The notes under the pieces are model-generated. The model was given only the letters and a program-made list of their open reading frames with translations. It was not told the DNA's origin and made no database searches. From Candidatus Adlerbacteria bacterium (GTDB taxonomy: Bacteria > Patescibacteriota > Minisyncoccia > Phycocordibacterales > SBAW01), in NCBI GenBank assembly GCA_903851045.1, contig CAINNF010000015.1, positions 32,644 to 96,643 of the forward strand: a stretch of DNA of 64,000 nt, in the 5' to 3' direction. This document shows, piece after piece, positions 28,225 through 39,943 of the stretch (its first letter is position 1; each line of letters opens with the position of its first letter). A program made the position numbers and the translations under genes.

Positions 28225-29682
28225 TTATATTTTTCCTCCAAGCTTACCCGTGATTACGGAAATTTCTTTATCAAGCGCTTTCATTGCTTTTAAAATCTCC
28301 TTAGGGCTGCGCAGCGTCACTTCCCCGCCTTTGTTGGGGTTCTTGACTGAGAGGTCAAAGGTTTTTGGGTCTATGTCTTTAGCGTCCACGCTCCAGGAAT
28401 TTTCGGAGTCGGCTTTGGTTTTTTGGAGCTTCACGAAGTCGGCGAGGTCGGCTTCGCTCAGTGGATTTGTTTTACCGAGGTTGCGTGGGAGGTTGAGTTG
28501 GTAGAACCACACCTTGCGGGTTGGTTTGCCTTTTTCGAAAAAGAGGACGACTGTTTTGACTCCGGCACCTTGGAAGGTCCCGCTCGGGAGGTCGAGGATG
28601 GTGTGGAGGTTGCAGTTCTCCAGCAAAAGCTTGCGCAGGCTCACCGAGGCGTTGTCGGTGTTAGAGAGGAAGGTGTTTTTGATGACGATGCCAGCGCGGC
28701 CGCCAGCGCGGAGAATTTTGATGAAGTGTTGGAGAAAGAGGAAGGCCGTCTCGCCTGTTTTGATAGGGAAGTTTTGTTGGATCTCGCTGCGGATACCCGC
28801 GCCAAACGGCGGGTTGGCGAGGACGATGTCATAGCGGTCTTTCTCTTGGATGTCGGCGATATTTTGTGCGAGGGTGTTGCCGTGCACGATGTTGGGCGCT
28901 TCGACGCCGTGGAGGATCATGTTCATCGTGCCGATGATGTAGGCGAGCGATTTTATCTCTTTGCCATAAAAAGTCTTCTTTTGGAGCGTCACCCAGTCTT
29001 TTGGTTGCAGCTTCTCGGTGTCCCCTTTCATGTAGACGAACCCTTCGGCCAAGAAGCCCGCCGAGCCGACTGCCCCGTCGTAGACGGTCTCGCCAATTTT
29101 TGGATCAACGACTTTGATGATTGTGCGGATGAGCGAGCGCGGCGTATAAAACTCGCCACCGTTGCGTCCCGCGTTGCCCATGTTCTTTATCTTGTCTTCG
29201 TAGAGGTGCGAGAGCTCATGCTTTTCGGAGTCGGTGCGGAAATGCATCGTATCGACTATGTCGAGGATGTTGCGCAGCGTATAGCCGCTCTGGATCTTAT
29301 TCTTCAACTCGCTAAATATCTCCCCTATTTTATATTCGATAGTGTCAGGACTCTCGGCACTCGCTTTAAATTTCTTGAGGTATGGGAATAGGTCACGATC
29401 GACGAACGTGTTGAGGTCGTCGCCCGAGAGTGCTTTATTGTGGTCGAGTTTGCCCTGTGGCGTCTTGGGTGCTGCCCAGACCTCCCAGCGGTACTGTGGC
29501 GCGATGATTGGTTTGTAGGCTCGGCCGGAGAGCTTCGCCGCTTTCTTCTTTTCTTCCTCCAAGTCGTCGAGGTACTTGAGGAAGAGGATCCACGACGTCT
29601 GCTCGATATAGTCGAGCTCCGTCCCCACCCCCGCGTCGCGGTGGAGTATGTCGTCTATGTTCTTAAACGCCTGCTCAAACAT
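28225..29682 (-). CDS. hsdM: Type I restriction-modification methyltransferase subunit M
   Basis: GEFYTPR, YDGAVGSAGFL (motif I), ANPPFG (motif IV). Confidence 0.95.
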   Translation of the reverse strand: MFEQAFKNIDDILHRDAGVGTELDYIEQTSWILFLKYLDDLEEEKKKAAKLSGRAYKPIIAPQYRWEVWAAPKTPQGKLDHNKALSGDDLNTFVDRDLFPYLKKFKASAESPDTIEYKIGEIFSELKNKIQSGYTLRNILDIVDTMHFRTDSEKHELSHLYEDKIKNMGNAGRNGGEFYTPRSLIRTIIKVVDPKIGETVYDGAVGSAGFLAEGFVYMKGDTEKLQPKDWVTLQKKTFYGKEIKSLAYIIGTMNMILHGVEAPNIVHGNTLAQNIADIQEKDRYDIVLANPPFGAGIRSEIQQNFPIKTGETAFLFLQHFIKILRAGGRAGIVIKNTFLSNTDNASVSLRKLLLENCNLHTILDLPSGTFQGAGVKTVVLFFEKGKPTRKVWFYQLNLPRNLGKTNPLSEADLADFVKLQKTKADSENSWSVDAKDIDPKTFDLSVKNPNKGGEVTLRSPKEILKAMKALDKEISVITGKLGGKI

Positions 29683-29713
29683 GTTCAAAGAGTACCACCC
29701 CTACCAATTTTCG

Positions 29714-30070
29714 CTATTCCCCCGCCAGTTCGGTGTACTTTTTGTGGTTGCCTTTGGATTTTTCTACCGGGTATTTTGCTTCGTTCTTTTGGAGTTTGTC
29801 GAGGAAGGCTTGGGAGACGTCGATGTGGAGGTCGTTGGCCATCAGGAGCACCCAGTAGAGGACGTCCGCTAACTCTTCGGCGATGTCTTTGGAGTTGGAG
29901 ATGACGTACTGCTCGATCTCCTGTGGGCTCTTCCACTGGAAGTGTTCGAGCACTTCGGCGGCCTCCAGCGTCAGCGAGATGGCGAGGTCTTTGGGGTTGT
30001 GAAACTGCTTCCAGTCTCGCGCGTCGCGAAACTCACGCACCTTCTTCGTAAGGTCTTTGATGTTCGACAT
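29714..30070 (-). CDS. MazG-like nucleotide pyrophosphohydrolase
   Basis: RDWKQFHNPKDLA...EAAE.LE.FQW...EELADV...KNEAKYP. Confidence 0.9.
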   Translation of the reverse strand: MSNIKDLTKKVREFRDARDWKQFHNPKDLAISLTLEAAEVLEHFQWKSPQEIEQYVISNSKDIAEELADVLYWVLLMANDLHIDVSQAFLDKLQKNEAKYPVEKSKGNHKKYTELAGE

Positions 30071-30191
30071 ATGCACATACTCTACCAAATGTACCGACTT
30101 TGACTATGACGGCGTGCGTTGACACGATTCCATCATTTCTTGTATGAATAGTGCAGTGTTCTTTACGCAAACATCCGACAGGAGAGACCGC

Positions 30192-30542
30192 ATGGTCAAG
30201 GAAAGAGACGAACGGAGGATCATCCCGTTCCCCACTAGGCCGCCCGGCCCAAGCGAGCCCGTGCACTACGTGGGTATAGCAGTGATCGACTTCGCACAGC
30301 GAAAGGCTGGCGACGAGTTCTACCTATCGACCGCGCGCGGGTTTGGGTACCGGCTCACCATCACAAACACGCGAGCATACACCGCCACGCTCGTCGCCTG
30401 TACGCACAAAGGTCCGTTCGTCGAACGTGAGATCACCGTGAGGGACGGCAAGATCCACACTGGCCGCAAACTCGCATACGTGTTCGGCGGCGCGCTCGAG
30501 CACACGGCGGACGACATTACATTCATCTATCTTCTGCTGTGA
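30192..30542 (+). CDS. Hypothetical protein
   Basis: AGGAG RBS, TTGACA promoter, terminator after the stop. Confidence 0.55.
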   Translation: MVKERDERRIIPFPTRPPGPSEPVHYVGIAVIDFAQRKAGDEFYLSTARGFGYRLTITNTRAYTATLVACTHKGPFVEREITVRDGKIHTGRKLAYVFGGALEHTADDITFIYLLL

Positions 30543-30596
30543 CGCAGCACAATAAAGACCCGGTCCAACGTCGGACCGGGTCTTATGCAATGTGGT

Positions 30597-30812
30597 CTAT
30601 GGCAAACGTTGCGGCCGCACGGACGATGGTTCTCCGCGATCAGCCGGGTGTTGCAGGGCCGACTCGATCGACACGTACACATGATGCACGTAGTTCTGGA
30701 GCGCGTACCCCCAGACACCGCACACCGTAAGCGCAATGACCACGAACAGGCCGATGCCGAGCGGCCACGAGTCTTCAGGCACCGGTCTGAACTGGAACTT
30801 ATCTTCTGTCAT
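30597..30812 (-). CDS. Small membrane protein
   Basis: AAGGGG RBS before MTEDKFQ; one TM helix. Confidence 0.45.
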   Translation of the reverse strand: MTEDKFQFRPVPEDSWPLGIGLFVVIALTVCGVWGYALQNYVHHVYVSIESALQHPADRGEPSSVRPQRLP

Positions 30813-30950
30813 CACAGACCCCTTTTGTGAACATGTAGCCTTGTGCATTAAACACGAAATTGTACAAAACGCAACACTCCCGATCACGCACAAAAACACC
30901 CCAAATCGGGGTGTTTTTGTAAACATACAAGATGGCCTGTATATTTTTGC

Positions 30951-32609
<1,659 letters not shown>

Positions 32610-33020
32610 TTATTGAATAATCGCGAGGATGCTCGACTCGGGGAGGATAAGATATTCGACACCAGAGACCTTAATCTCGTCGAAGCCGTACTTGGAGAAC
32701 ATGACGCGGTCGCCGACCTGCACATTGAGCGCGATAAGCTCGCCCGTGTCGCTGCGCTTACCGGGGCCGACGGCGACGACAGTGCCCTGCTCCGGCTTCT
32801 CCTTCGAAGATTCAGGGATCACGATACCGAACAGGGTGACGGTCGCGAGATCCTCGGCCGAGAGCGCCTTCACGAGCACACGGTCACCAAGCGGGGTGAC
32901 GCCGACCGAATTCTTTGGTACCTGCACCGCGGCCTTTGGCGTGCTCACGTGAACCGTCTTACTTGGAGCCTTCTTGACTGGCTTCGAAACCTTCTTCACA
33001 CTCTTGGTCTTTTTCTTCAT
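32610..33020 (-). CDS. groS: Co-chaperonin GroES with Lys-rich N-terminal extension
   Basis: PLGDRVLV, GIVIP, GTVVAVGPG, VGDRV.FSKY; directly upstream of groL. Confidence 0.95.
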   Translation of the reverse strand: MKKKTKSVKKVSKPVKKAPSKTVHVSTPKAAVQVPKNSVGVTPLGDRVLVKALSAEDLATVTLFGIVIPESSKEKPEQGTVVAVGPGKRSDTGELIALNVQVGDRVMFSKYGFDEIKVSGVEYLILPESSILAIIQ

Positions 33021-33192
33021 AGCAAAATCGCGTTTATGACTTAGTAATTAATGGGTAATGTGAAGCGCCCAGATCGCACTGGTTTGTCGTGACAATAATA
33101 GACAACCCTCGCGAATAGTCAACGTCCGACCGCGTATCTATCCTGCCCAAGGAGGATTGCACCCTTTTTGGGATTGTGGTAGATTGGCAGTA

Positions 33193-33423
33193 ATGAACTT
33201 GCACGGCATATTGCCGTATATTCAGATAGTCCTCTCTGCCGCACTCATTGGGTGCGTCCTTTTGCAGCAGACTGGCGCATCGCTGGGTGGCGCATTCGGT
33301 GGGGACAACTTTAGCGCGGCATACCACACCCGTCGCGGCAGTGAGAAGTATCTGTTCTACGCCACGATCATCGTCGGCGTCCTGTTCGCGACTTCGTCGT
33401 TCGTATCGTTCATCGTGCACTAG
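33193..33423 (+). CDS. secG: Preprotein translocase subunit SecG
   Basis: VLLQ..GASLGGAFGG...TRRGSEK, 2 TM helices. Confidence 0.9.
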   Translation: MNLHGILPYIQIVLSAALIGCVLLQQTGASLGGAFGGDNFSAAYHTRRGSEKYLFYATIIVGVLFATSSFVSFIVH

Positions 33424-33453
33424 GCTCTCACCACCAACTAACAACCGCTCCTT

Positions 33454-35205
33454 ATGCGCACACAGAGCTCGGCTTCATCTGCCTACTCCTCGCTTGTCAG
33501 CACCACGCAGGACACTATCCGCTCGTTCTCACCAGGCGGCAGGGTTTTGTTCTATTTCTTTTCACTGCTCCTGGTCGTGAGTTCGACCGCTTTGCTGTAT
33601 CTGTTGAACGCGAGACTGCTCGTCGAGATGCCGACCCGCGGCGGTTCGTTCACCGAAGGTGTGATCGGCGCGCCACGATTCATCAACCCGGTACTCGCCG
33701 TATCGGACGCCGACCGTGACCTCACCACGCTCGTCTATTCGGGACTTCTCAAGGCGTCTCCGCAGGGTGGGTACATTCCCGACCTCGCCTCGTCCTACAC
33801 CATCTCACCTGACGGGAAGACCTATACGTTCACCTTGCGCCCGAACGCGAAGTTCGAAGACGGCACGCTGGTCACTGCGGACGATGTCGTGTACACGATC
33901 CAGGAGACACAAGACCCGGTCCTCAAGAGTCCTGAGCAGGCGAACTGGAGCGGCATCGTCGTGCAGAAGGTCGACGAACACACCATCTCCTTCTCGCTCA
34001 AGCAGGCGTACGCACCGTTCATCGAAAATCTCACCATGGGCATACTGCCGAAGCATCTCTGGCAGAACGTGAGCGACGATGAGTTCCCCTATAGCGACCT
34101 GAACACCGAACCAGTCGGCTCCGGGCCCTTCAAGGTCGACTCACTGTCGCGCACATCCTCCGGTGTACCTTCGTCGTACAAACTGGTTGGCTCACACTAC
34201 TACGCGCTCCAGCGACCGTACCTTTCGGACATCACCTTCCACTTCTACCAGAACGAGGACGACCTTATCGACGGTCTGAAGAAGGGTGAGGTGTCCGCTG
34301 CGAGCGGCATATCTCCCTCTCGCCTCTCCGAAGTGTCTGGACATATGATCGACCGCGCGCCGCTCAACCGGGTCTTCGGCGTCTTCTTCAACCAAAATCA
34401 GTCGGCCGTACTGCGCGACAGTGCGGTGCGCAACGCGCTGAACGAAGCTATCAACCGCGACGAGCTCGTACAACAAGTGTTGGGCGGCTACGGCGCCCCG
34501 CTTGCAGGCCCGCTCCCGCCGAGCGTCTTGCCGTCGAATTTCATTACTACGACGAGCTCCGCGAACACCGCCGACCTGGTCGCACGAGCGAAGAGCGATC
34601 TGCTTGCCGCTGGCTGGCAGCCCGGCCCTGGCGGCATACTCCAAAAGACCACCGGCTCGGGTAAAAGTGTGACCACGCAACCGCTCACGTTTAGCATCTC
34701 GACCGGCAACGTGCCAGAGCTCCGCGCCGCCGCCGAGTACCTGCGAAAGACCTGGGGAGAGGTCGGCGCGCAAGTGAGCGTGCAAGTGTACGACCAGGGC
34801 GACCTCGCTCAGAACGTCATCCGTCCGCGCAAATATGACGCACTCCTCTTCGGCGAGGTCATCGGCCGCGAACCGGACCTCTTCGCCTTTTGGAGCTCCA
34901 GCGAGCGACTCGACCCGGGACTCAATATCGCCATGTACGCGAACGCGAGCATAGACAAATTGCTCTCCCAGTTGCGTGCTACGACGGACGAAACCCAAAA
35001 GAGCGCGCTCTATCAACAGTTTACGACCGCGGTGCTAAAGGACGACCCTGCCGTATTTCTCTATGCGCCGGATTTCGTGTATATTGTCCCTAAAGACATT
35101 GCGGGGCTCGACCTCGGATTCATTGAGACGCCAAGTGACCGTTTTTTGAGCGTCACGAACTGGCATCGGGAGACAGACAAAGTCTGGCCTCTGTTCGCGA
35201 GATAA
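33454..35205 (+). CDS. Family 5 (peptide/nickel) ABC substrate-binding protein
   Basis: PDLA, YTFTLR, KF.DG..VTADDV, PVGSGPF, VRNAL..AINR. Confidence 0.9.
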   Translation: MRTQSSASSAYSSLVSTTQDTIRSFSPGGRVLFYFFSLLLVVSSTALLYLLNARLLVEMPTRGGSFTEGVIGAPRFINPVLAVSDADRDLTTLVYSGLLKASPQGGYIPDLASSYTISPDGKTYTFTLRPNAKFEDGTLVTADDVVYTIQETQDPVLKSPEQANWSGIVVQKVDEHTISFSLKQAYAPFIENLTMGILPKHLWQNVSDDEFPYSDLNTEPVGSGPFKVDSLSRTSSGVPSSYKLVGSHYYALQRPYLSDITFHFYQNEDDLIDGLKKGEVSAASGISPSRLSEVSGHMIDRAPLNRVFGVFFNQNQSAVLRDSAVRNALNEAINRDELVQQVLGGYGAPLAGPLPPSVLPSNFITTTSSANTADLVARAKSDLLAAGWQPGPGGILQKTTGSGKSVTTQPLTFSISTGNVPELRAAAEYLRKTWGEVGAQVSVQVYDQGDLAQNVIRPRKYDALLFGEVIGREPDLFAFWSSSERLDPGLNIAMYANASIDKLLSQLRATTDETQKSALYQQFTTAVLKDDPAVFLYAPDFVYIVPKDIAGLDLGFIETPSDRFLSVTNWHRETDKVWPLFAR

Positions 35206-35239
35206 CATGATCAAAAAAATTATTTAAGTAATTAATCGT

Positions 35240-37141
35240 ATGGAAGAACAAAACAAAAGACCGCAAGGAGGTCGCAGACCACAAGGTGCGCGGACCGGTG
35301 CCCCACGAAAGTTCGGTAAAGGTCGCCCGCTCAACCGCCGCGGCGGCCGCAACAACGGCCCACGCCCGCACCAGGCTCCCCCGCCTCGCCCAGCACTCGG
35401 AGGGACACGTGAGTTGAGCGACCAAGGTACCAATAGTCCGAACGAGGACAAGCCTATCCCGCCGTTGGAGATGGGTAACGTCCGCATCATCCCACTGGGT
35501 GGCGTCGAAGAGATCGGCCGCAATATGACCGCGGTCGAGTTCGGCGATGATATCGTCATCATCGACTGCGGATTCCAATTCAAAGAGGACGACACTCCCG
35601 GTATCGACTATATTTTGCCGAACACGAAGTATCTGGAGGACCGTGCCGGTAAGATCCGCGGCATGTTCATCACGCACGGCCACCTCGACCACATCGGCGG
35701 TATCCCGTACATCATCGACCGCATCGGCTACCCGCCGATCTTCACCCGCCGACTCACGAGCGTCATGATCCGCAAGCGACAGGAGGAGTTCCCCAATCTC
35801 CGACCCCTCGATATTCACGAGGTCGAGAGCACCGACTCTATCAAGGTTGGCAACCTGCGCGTACGCTTCTTCGCGGTGACGCACACGATCCCCGACTCCA
35901 TGGGAGTCGTCGTCGAGACGCCCTACGGCCACATGGTCTTTACCGGTGACCTCAAGCTCGACCATGTCGACGGTGTCCCGACCGAAGCGGAAGAAAAGGA
36001 GTTCAGCTTCTTCGATGACAAGAAGGTGCTCTTCCTCGCCGCGGACTCGACCAACGTCGAGCGTCCGGGATTCTCGCTGCCAGAAAGTGTCGTGCAAAAG
36101 AACATGGACGATATCATTCGCGACACGAACGGTCGCCTCATCATCGGCACCTTCTCCTCGCAACTCGAGCGTATCATGCGCATCGTCGAGTCAGCGGAGC
36201 GCTATGGCAAGAAGATCCTCGTCGAAGGTCGCAGCATGAAGGTCAACATCGAGATCGTGAAGCAGCTCGGCATGCTCAAGGTCTCGGAGAAGACGTTTAT
36301 CGGTCCAGAACAGTTAGAGTCGATACCTGACAGCAAGGTGATCGTGCTCGCCACTGGCGCCCAAGGCGACGAGTTCGCTGCCCTCATGCGCGTGGCTATC
36401 AAGACGCACAAGTACGTGAAGATCAAAAAAGGTGACACGGTCGTCCTGTCCTCGTCGGTCGTCCCTGGCAACGAGCGCTCGGTGCAGAAGCTCAAGGACA
36501 ACCTCTCTCGACAGGGCGCGCGCATCATCCACCGCGACACGATGGACGTCCACGCCTCCGGTCACGCTAACCGCGACGAGACCTTCTGGATCCACTCCAA
36601 GATCAATCCGCGATTCTTCATGCCGCTGCACGGCTACCACTACATGCTGCGCGTCCACGCCGACATCGCCAAGGCTTGCGGCCGCGCCGAGAGTGACATC
36701 ATCGTGCCCGACAACGGCGCGATACTGGAGATCCGCGACGAAGGTACCGTCTTCACGCGACTGAAAGAGACCGCGCCGAACAGTCTGCGCCTCGTCGACG
36801 GCTTTTCTATCGGCGACATCCAAGAGGTGGTCATTCGCGACCGCAACGTCCTCGCCCAAGAAGGTATGTTCGTCATCATCGCCACCGTCAACCCAAAGAC
36901 CGGGAAGCTCCGCAAGTCGCCCGACATCATCTCGCGCGGCTTCGTGTACCTGCGCGAGAACCAAGACCTCCTCTCGCAAACGCGCCTCATCATCAAGAAA
37001 ACGATCGAGGACACAACCCACAACATGCAGCCGGTCAACTTCGACTACGTCAAAAACAACGTCACCGACGCCGTCGCCCGCTTCCTCTTCGAGAAGACCA
37101 ACAAGCGCCCGATCGTGATCCCAGTTGTCTTGGGAGTATAA
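35240..37141 (+). CDS. rnj: Ribonuclease J
   Basis: PLGGVEEIGRN, THGHLDHIG, TGDLK, DSTN, HASGH, P.HG. Confidence 0.96.
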   Translation: MEEQNKRPQGGRRPQGARTGAPRKFGKGRPLNRRGGRNNGPRPHQAPPPRPALGGTRELSDQGTNSPNEDKPIPPLEMGNVRIIPLGGVEEIGRNMTAVEFGDDIVIIDCGFQFKEDDTPGIDYILPNTKYLEDRAGKIRGMFITHGHLDHIGGIPYIIDRIGYPPIFTRRLTSVMIRKRQEEFPNLRPLDIHEVESTDSIKVGNLRVRFFAVTHTIPDSMGVVVETPYGHMVFTGDLKLDHVDGVPTEAEEKEFSFFDDKKVLFLAADSTNVERPGFSLPESVVQKNMDDIIRDTNGRLIIGTFSSQLERIMRIVESAERYGKKILVEGRSMKVNIEIVKQLGMLKVSEKTFIGPEQLESIPDSKVIVLATGAQGDEFAALMRVAIKTHKYVKIKKGDTVVLSSSVVPGNERSVQKLKDNLSRQGARIIHRDTMDVHASGHANRDETFWIHSKINPRFFMPLHGYHYMLRVHADIAKACGRAESDIIVPDNGAILEIRDEGTVFTRLKETAPNSLRLVDGFSIGDIQEVVIRDRNVLAQEGMFVIIATVNPKTGKLRKSPDIISRGFVYLRENQDLLSQTRLIIKKTIEDTTHNMQPVNFDYVKNNVTDAVARFLFEKTNKRPIVIPVVLGV

Positions 37142-37189
37142 AGTTGGTATAGTGCGCACGGCTTCGTAACAGATAGAAGGGAGCGTCGC

Positions 37190-37396
37190 GTGTCTAACCC
37201 ACAAAAAGATCATTACTTCGGTCTCGAGAGTGTCGGCGGCTTTGGGGTTGCTAATGTTCTTTCTGAAAAACTCAAAGAATGGCGGCGCGATAATCCGACA
37301 CTTCGAATCGTTGCTTGTAGCCACAGCGTACAGCCTCGGCAACAAGGAGGGGTCCGAGTAGTTGTGTGGATTATCACCGAGGAACAACGTGAGTAG
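37190..37396 (+). CDS. Small hypothetical protein
   Basis: 68-aa ORF, AAGGGAG RBS, terminator at about 37430-37475. Confidence 0.45.
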   Translation: MSNPQKDHYFGLESVGGFGVANVLSEKLKEWRRDNPTLRIVACSHSVQPRQQGGVRVVVWIITEEQRE

Positions 37397-37550
37397 GCGT
37401 CCGGGCGATACAATCTGCAAAATCGAGTATATTCCCCCACCACCGACACGAGCGTCGGTGGTGGGGCTATTTTTTCGAACACCTGCATCTAGCTTGATTT
37501 TGGTAAAGAACAGCGATAGCATGTGTTTCGTGTCATAAAAGGATGGACAG

Positions 37551-37880
37551 ATGTCTCACAAAGCCCAGATGGTCTTTGATGATGAATCGTTTAGGATACT
37601 TCAAGAACTCAGGGAGATGTTGGAGGCCGATTCGTGGGGCGAGATCGTCCGCAGGGCCTTATTGGCCGAGGAGCAGCATGGTCGACTCTCCCCTCCTTTT
37701 GCCGATACTGCACGAAAATATAGGCGCATACAAGTGGTTCTACCCGATCGTTCGAAGAGCCGACTTGAGCGCTTGGCGACCACAGATATCTCACACGCAG
37801 GTGTAATCCGTAAAGCTCTGCGCACACTTGAGTGGTGCCTCAAAAGCCATGCTGAGGATATATCCAAACATCGTCTGTAG
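37551..37880 (+). CDS. Putative tandem ribbon-helix-helix DNA-binding protein
   Basis: Two repeats of a beta-strand + L..L...S..E.VR(R/K)AL pattern. Confidence 0.55.
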   Translation: MSHKAQMVFDDESFRILQELREMLEADSWGEIVRRALLAEEQHGRLSPPFADTARKYRRIQVVLPDRSKSRLERLATTDISHAGVIRKALRTLEWCLKSHAEDISKHRL

Positions 37881-37943
37881 GATCACACACCCGAAGCAGG
37901 AGAAACCAAACCCCTCATCGACACACGTGTTGGTAATGGGGTT

Positions 37944-38768
37944 TTACTTTTTTATTACGAACCCACTTCCCTTTTTCTCAATCAATTTTTCTTTTTGTAA
38001 TTTACTCAACTCATTTTTTATTTCATCCAATGTGCGGGCAGTGAGTTTTTGGAGTTCGTCAATTGTCTTTGGAGACTTCAGGAGCTCACGCAATATGGCG
38101 CCGCGCAGCTGGCGCGCGGAGCCTTCGAACTTCGACTGCTTGGTGTAGTGCTTGCTCTTGTTGTTGACGCGCACACCGCTCTTCTTAAGGAACGACCCGT
38201 AGTCCATCAGCGCCGCATAGAAATTTCTCGGCTGCATCTTCGACTCCCGAAGCGCTCGAGCCACCAGTGGCATGATCTCTGCATCGGTAATACGTGTCTC
38301 TTTCTTTATTCTAGTATTTTGCAAAAAACTAGAATATATGAAGATGGTACGGATGTTGGTTTCGATAAAGACGACCGGCTCGTTGTGGGCGAAGGCGGCT
38401 ATCGCACGCGCAGTGTACGGACCCACGCCGGGCAACTTTTGGAGTTCGTTCACTTCCTTAGGAAATTTTCCATCGTGGTTCGCGACGACCACCTTCGCTG
38501 CTTCGTGCAAGAATTTCGCACGGCGATTGTAGCCAAGGCCGCTCCAGTGTGTGAGCACATCCCTCAGCGACGCCTGTGCAAGTGAGTGCACCGTCGGGAA
38601 CGCTTTGAGAAACTCTGCATACTTGGGCAGCACCCGATCCACCTGCGTTTGTTGCAACATCACTTCGGACACTAAAATTTTGTACACATCGCGAGTCTTC
38701 CGCCACGGCAAATGACTCCGACCGTGCACCGCATAATATTTTGAAATAGTCGTAGTCAGTTCCGGCAT
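37944..38768 (-). CDS. mutY: A/G-specific adenine glycosylase (short form lacking FeS cysteines)
   Basis: LPWR, VSEVMLQQTQV, WSGLGYNRRA, LPGVGPYTA, ALMDYG. Confidence 0.9.
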   Translation of the reverse strand: MPELTTTISKYYAVHGRSHLPWRKTRDVYKILVSEVMLQQTQVDRVLPKYAEFLKAFPTVHSLAQASLRDVLTHWSGLGYNRRAKFLHEAAKVVVANHDGKFPKEVNELQKLPGVGPYTARAIAAFAHNEPVVFIETNIRTIFIYSSFLQNTRIKKETRITDAEIMPLVARALRESKMQPRNFYAALMDYGSFLKKSGVRVNNKSKHYTKQSKFEGSARQLRGAILRELLKSPKTIDELQKLTARTLDEIKNELSKLQKEKLIEKKGSGFVIKK

Positions 38769-38843
38769 GGCCTTTGGTATGGTATCAAAAAATCCCCCGG
38801 GTGGGGGATTTTTTGATTCTCTTGGGGAGAGATGTAGGGGAGA

Positions 38844-39104
38844 TTACTGCTGGCCCTCCTTTGGGCGCGCGTAGTCCACTTTGAGCATACGACCTCCGAA
38901 CTCCTTGCCATTCCACATAGCAATTGCGCTCTCAGCCGAAGCCTCATCTGCCATCTCGACGAAGCCGAATCCGCGAGACTCGCGGGTCTCACGATCCATA
39001 ACGATGGATGCGGAGACGACCTCACCTGCCTTGGCAAATGCATCGTGGAGTTCATCCTTCGTGGTCTTCCACGGGATGCCACCTACGAACAACTTTTGTA
39101 CCAT
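38844..39104 (-). CDS. RRM RNA-binding protein
   Basis: RNP2 LFVGGI and RNP1 RGFGFVEM. Confidence 0.95.
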   Translation of the reverse strand: MVQKLFVGGIPWKTTKDELHDAFAKAGEVVSASIVMDRETRESRGFGFVEMADEASAESAIAMWNGKEFGGRMLKVDYARPKEGQQ

Positions 39105-39250
39105 AGTACTGTACTTTGTTTGTTTAATTGGGTATAAACCCGTTCTTCCGTAAGGCGACCTCCCCTCTCACCGCACTGCGGACGCTGGAGAACTTACATC
39201 TAGAACACCGCCAGCATAGCACACTGGCTCATAAAATGCAAGCCGCTTCG

Positions 39251-39943
39251 TTAGTCTGCCAAAAGGCGTGCGAAGACGACGAGTCGCTTGTCGAACGAGT
39301 GCGCTTTCGCGTCCCAGTCGCCCGCGCACGTGATAAGGACCACTCCAGAGGCGGTAGCGTTGGAGAAGATATCGCCAAGCGGCGCGCCCTGGTCACTGTA
39401 GTCCTCGATGTCCTGTACGACATACGTCAGCGAGTTACCGCTCCCATCCGTCACGATGATACGGTCGTTCAAACTCACATCGGCGAGATGTTCGAACACT
39501 CCCGCTTTGGTGAGCGCATTGTTCACGTGCCCCGCAAACACCGCGTTGCCAGTATCACCCGGTTTGGTGCCGAGCGCATACCATGCAACATCCATAAAAT
39601 TCTTCGGCGTCGCCATGGCACCGCTTGCGGTATTGCCCACCTGTTCGACGGTTGCATCCACACCGATAGAGGGGATGCTGAGCTTCACAGGGGTGATGGC
39701 GGGTGCGCTTAGGCGCAAGCTCGGTGTCACGGAGACGCTTGCACTGTGCGAACTTCCTGGAGGTGTCGCGCCAGCGAACAGGTCGGTCGGATCTATTCCC
39801 ACCTGCGGCAGCCGCATACATATATCGTGTGCGCCATAGAACACTACCAAGGCACCGACCACACCGAAGAACACGCGCACGTATACCGAGCGCGTGTTGG
39901 TCGACGACACACTATACGATGGCAGCGAAAGTTTTTCGGACAT
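39251..39943 (-). CDS. Class F sortase
   Basis: LSIPSIGV, VAWY..G..PG..GNAVFAGHV, LITC, RLVV. Confidence 0.9.
   Translation of the reverse strand: MSEKLSLPSYSVSSTNTRSVYVRVFFGVVGALVVFYGAHDICMRLPQVGIDPTDLFAGATPPGSSHSASVSVTPSLRLSAPAITPVKLSIPSIGVDATVEQVGNTASGAMATPKNFMDVAWYALGTKPGDTGNAVFAGHVNNALTKAGVFEHLADVSLNDRIIVTDGSGNSLTYVVQDIEDYSDQGAPLGDIFSNATASGVVLITCAGDWDAKAHSFDKRLVVFARLLAD

Noticed and set aside
33021-33160. CIRCE element upstream of groES
   Set aside because: TTAGCACTC-N9-GAGTGCTAA is not present
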